From Oligoflexia bacterium (GTDB taxonomy: Bacteria > Bdellovibrionota > UBA1018): 64,000 nucleotides of DNA. The DNA lies in contig CAVWVI010000003.1 of assembly GCA_963758495.1 (NCBI GenBank), forward strand, positions 544,001 to 608,000, in the 5' to 3' direction. Below, piece by piece: positions 63,923-64,000 of this stretch. A program made the position numbers and the translations under genes. Under the pieces are notes generated by a model. It made no database searches. It saw only the letters and a list, made by a program, of their open reading frames with translations, and was not told the DNA's origin. Each line of letters opens with the position of its first letter. Within the stretch, counting starts at the first letter, position 1.

Positions 63923-64000
63923 CGGATATTGAAAAGAAGAGCTTACGGATATAGAAGCTATGAAAACTATCGGCTCCAAGTCTTGAATGCTTGCTCCTGA
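63923..64000 (+). mobile_element. ISL3-family transposase C-terminal remnant
   Basis: Reads ILKRRAYGYRSYENYRLQVLNACS*, the typical ISL3 C-terminal motif; no in-frame ATG or transposase body upstream. Confidence 0.7.

Overview
Bacterial chromosome segment; the gene content suggests Bdellovibrionota/Oligoflexia-like (inference only). The left 20 kb is accessory. It holds two tandem paralogous genes for signal-peptide + 38-aa OPR-like repeat + RAP-domain proteins, and a complete type I-C CRISPR-Cas locus (29 repeats/28 spacers; cas3-cas5-cas8c with a hidden cas11 start-cas7-cas4-cas1-cas2). It also holds a GInt-like element (three tyrosine recombinases + one small gene) inserted at the 3' end of ssb, carrying a DUF4431-like/lysozyme-like gene pair. 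Next to it lie relics of a second, older element of the same family that may have delivered the CRISPR-Cas locus. From 20 to 53 kb is mostly core genome: ssb, Rsm22-like, RCC1-repeat, rsmB, sppA, rpsA, LPS/lipid A genes, skp, bamA, lolCD, lysS, trxB, rhomboid, mce and CarD-like. A ~5 kb islet separates bamA from skp (yjjJ pseudogene, DUF6036-like TA pair, pfkB, kdsB, histidine phosphatase). A minus-strand rRNA operon follows (16S-tRNA-Ile-23S-5S), then a divergent pair of sigma54 activators, a LysM protein, a truncated Ser/Thr-rich surface protein and an ISL3 transposase remnant. Family assignments come from motif recognition, not database searches.
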